From Gammaproteobacteria bacterium (GTDB taxonomy: Bacteria > Pseudomonadota > Gammaproteobacteria > GCA-001735895), in the NCBI GenBank assembly GCA_050298595.1, contig JBNKUM010000107.1, positions 1 through 64,000 of the forward strand: a stretch of DNA of 64,000 nucleotides, written 5' to 3'. Of this stretch, positions 61,644-64,000 are shown piece by piece. The number at the start of each line of letters is the position of its first letter. Within the stretch, counting starts at the first letter, position 1. A program made the position numbers and the translations under genes. Below the pieces are notes generated by a model. It had not been told where the DNA came from, ran no database searches, and saw only the letters and a program-made list of their open reading frames with translations.

Positions 61644-64000
61644 ATGAAGGTTGTGAAGATGAAAACAGGACTTGTCCAGTACCTCATTCCTAAAGTGCTT
61701 TATATTATAGGATTATGTTTACTATTACTGAGTCAGCAGGCTGCGGCTCAATCAGTAGTAGGAAACTTTGCGCCTGATTGTAGTCAGGCTACCGTCTCTC
61801 CGAACATTGTCTGGCCACCTAATGAACATATGGTTCCTCTATCAATTCAGGGTATTACCGATCCAGAAAATCAACCAGTAACTCTTTCTACGCAATGTAT
61901 CATTCAGGATGAACCGCCTGGTTTATTAGGTTGGATATTTGGTTATTACGACGGCGATGGGTTAGGTACATCAACGCCTGAAGTCAGGGCAGAACGCTTT
62001 AACTGGTTCATTGACTGGGATGAATTTAAAATCGTTAAAACCAATGGACGGATTTACGATGTGGTTTTTGAAGCGACTGATAGTGAAGGAGCTAAATGTA
62101 CCGGCAAGGTGAGCGTGTCGGTACCCAAAAGAGAAAATGTAGCTGCAGAGGATACAGGATACAGATTCCCTTCCTTACCCGATGGCGTTAATTGTGACGC
62201 CATCGCATTTAATAATCCCCCAGTTATTCTTTCTCAGGCAGTGATCGATGCACAGGTTAATAAGCCTTATCAATATGCAGTAACAGGACATGACCCTGAT
62301 CAACAGGATGTGCTGACCTATAGCTTGACCTCATTTCCAGACGGAATGGCTATCAATGCTCAAACCGGCCTTATTGAATGGACACCGGTATCTGGACAGG
62401 AAGAAGTCCACACGGTCACTGTACAAGTGACAGACATAGGTAACCTGTCGGCACAACAAAATTTCGAGATTACGGTGGAGCCAGCAGCAGATGAACTGTC
62501 AGCCAAGATCGTAGCGAACCCGGTTTCAGGGCTGTCTCCTTTGACGGTGCGCTTCAGCCCTGATGTTACCAATAATAATATCGTCATTACCGGTTATGCC
62601 TGGGATTTTAATGGGGACGGAGTAACGGATCGATCCGATAGTTTTGGCGCGCCTCAAACCTACACTTATACCGGTAATCCGGGGGAGAGTTTTACAGCAA
62701 CTCTTACTGTCTCCTCAAACTCTGGCGAGCCTTTAGTGGCGACACAGGTGATCAGTATTGAAAATAATCCACCCTCTCTTAGTGTGGCAAGCAGTGTCAC
62801 CAATGGGCATGCGCCCCTGCTGGTGAGTTATACAGTAACCGCAACCGATCCTCAGGGGATTACCGAAGTCGCTCTGGATTATGATGGGGACGGTGTTTAT
62901 GACGAAATCATGGATGTGACTGGTGCTTCTGGACCATGGAGCTTTGAGCATACCTATCAGGATGAAGGAACCTACCAATCAGTGGTCAAGGTAACCGATG
63001 CATTAGGCGCGGAAACAGTTGCGAAAAATAACGCGATCACCGTTGATGTTAACAATCCGCAGGATCCCCTGGTCAGTCTTACCGGTACCTCTTTAACAGG
63101 AAATGCGCCGCTTAGTGGTACTCTGACAGCAACGGCTGAATTGTTTGATGGAAGTCAGGTAACTCAGTGGCAATGGGATCTTGATGGTGATGGCACATTT
63201 GAAACAGCGGGTGGAACAGACTTGTCAGATTCGGTTAACTTCACCTACAGCCAGGTCAACAATATCTACCCGGTAGTTCAGGTCACTACCGATAGCGATC
63301 GAACTGCCAGAGCATCCATACTGGTGACAGTAAATTCTTCTGCAGTCCCGACCTTATCGATTCCTGATAGCGATGACACCTTGAACTCAGATGCTGGCGG
63401 AACCGCTAACTTTAGTATCAGTGTGCCTTTTGAAACAGAGCTTGCGGTATGGATTGAAAATGCATCCGGAAGTCTTATACAGACGATTCAGCCGGCTCTG
63501 TTATCGACGGCTGGGACATACAATTTTAGCTGGAATGGATTGAACACGCTGGGTGAAATAGTATCCGAAGGCGACTACTACGTAGTACTAAGCTATACCG
63601 CCTTTAATGAAACGCAAGAGATAGATTTAAGAGCGAGTACTGGTGGTCAGTTAAGCTATTACCGGCGCACCACCGCAAACCCCAGGACGTTTGACCGCCT
63701 GGAAGGCCCGCTTCGTATTGATTATGCCGTCGACGACCCTGCCGAGGTAAGTTTCTTCTGGCAGGTATCGTTCGGTGAGAAGTTGATGACATTAATGGAG
63801 CATGAACGAATGGGCCGTGGAGCATACAGTTTATACTGGAATGGCGAATACCCTTCAGGACAGAAAATTCCATCTAACCTGACGGCATTAATGCCTGGTA
63901 TTGTGCGTTATGCCTTGCCCAGTAATGTCATCTTTGTGAAGGAAGATCCACGCATCGAAGAGTTTAACCTGAAATCTACCATTATCCATGATCCGCGTCG
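61644..64000 (+). CDS. Large secreted Ig-repeat protein (WPPN domain, cadherin/He_PIG, 3 PKD, FlgD-like); truncated by window end and absent from ORF track
   Basis: AGGAG then ATG 61644; frame reads open to 64000 (read by eye); VWPPNEHM, DPDQQDVLTYSL..GMAINAQTGLIEWTP, WDFNGDG, DYDGDG, WDLDGDG, FSWNG..EGDYY. Confidence 0.88.
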   Translation, partial: MKVVKMKTGLVQYLIPKVLYIIGLCLLLLSQQAAAQSVVGNFAPDCSQATVSPNIVWPPNEHMVPLSIQGITDPENQPVTLSTQCIIQDEPPGLLGWIFGYYDGDGLGTSTPEVRAERFNWFIDWDEFKIVKTNGRIYDVVFEATDSEGAKCTGKVSVSVPKRENVAAEDTGYRFPSLPDGVNCDAIAFNNPPVILSQAVIDAQVNKPYQYAVTGHDPDQQDVLTYSLTSFPDGMAINAQTGLIEWTPVSGQEEVHTVTVQVTDIGNLSAQQNFEITVEPAADELSAKIVANPVSGLSPLTVRFSPDVTNNNIVITGYAWDFNGDGVTDRSDSFGAPQTYTYTGNPGESFTATLTVSSNSGEPLVATQVISIENNPPSLSVASSVTNGHAPLLVSYTVTATDPQGITEVALDYDGDGVYDEIMDVTGASGPWSFEHTYQDEGTYQSVVKVTDALGAETVAKNNAITVDVNNPQDPLVSLTGTSLTGNAPLSGTLTATAELFDGSQVTQWQWDLDGDGTFETAGGTDLSDSVNFTYSQVNNIYPVVQVTTDSDRTARASILVTVNSSAVPTLSIPDSDDTLNSDAGGTANFSISVPFETELAVWIENASGSLIQTIQPALLSTAGTYNFSWNGLNTLGEIVSEGDYYVVLSYTAFNETQEIDLRASTGGQLSYYRRTTANPRTFDRLEGPLRIDYAVDDPAEVSFFWQVSFGEKLMTLMEHERMGRGAYSLYWNGEYPSGQKIPSNLTALMPGIVRYALPSNVIFVKEDPRIEEFNLKSTIIHDPR

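Overview
Chromosomal window of a Gammaproteobacterium, probably a sulfur-oxidiser-like lineage (inference from gene content). (1) 1-11.5 kb is an accessory island abutting the 3' end of tRNA-Ile2(CAT). It holds a secreted protein with an exact 8-residue Asn-Pro periodicity, a GC-rich 7xPAS-GGDEF diguanylate cyclase bracketed by two direct copies of an ISCR/IS91-like oriIS end, Y1/RAYT transposase and sigma54-activator fragments, a 1080-aa pseudo-hydrolase/7xIPT/tandem Ada-like protein, and a decayed sensor-GGDEF gene. (2) 11.9-58.8 kb is core genome: rpoD-dnaG, gltB, aroBK, pilMNOPQ, mrcA, hemE, gltD, yqeY-rpsU, tsaD, plsY, bioHC, a cox operon, rpoH, ftsYEX, an M16 pair, rsmD, coaD and a CbbO/NorD-type VWA protein. 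Two things stand out here. The mrcA-pil-aro-gltBD-hemE block sits circularly permuted inside the rpsU-yqeY-dnaG-rpoD operon. The A1-type cytochrome c oxidase keeps the D-channel and all metal ligands but has lost the K-channel residues in both subunits, has no heme A synthase gene in its cluster, and abuts a degenerate heme-copper oxidase subunit I paralogue. (3) 59.4-64 kb begins a secreted-protein operon (beta-propeller, FlgD-Ig protein, large cadherin/PKD/FlgD protein running off the window) behind a perfect FNR box. All calls come from motif recognition by eye; no searches were run.
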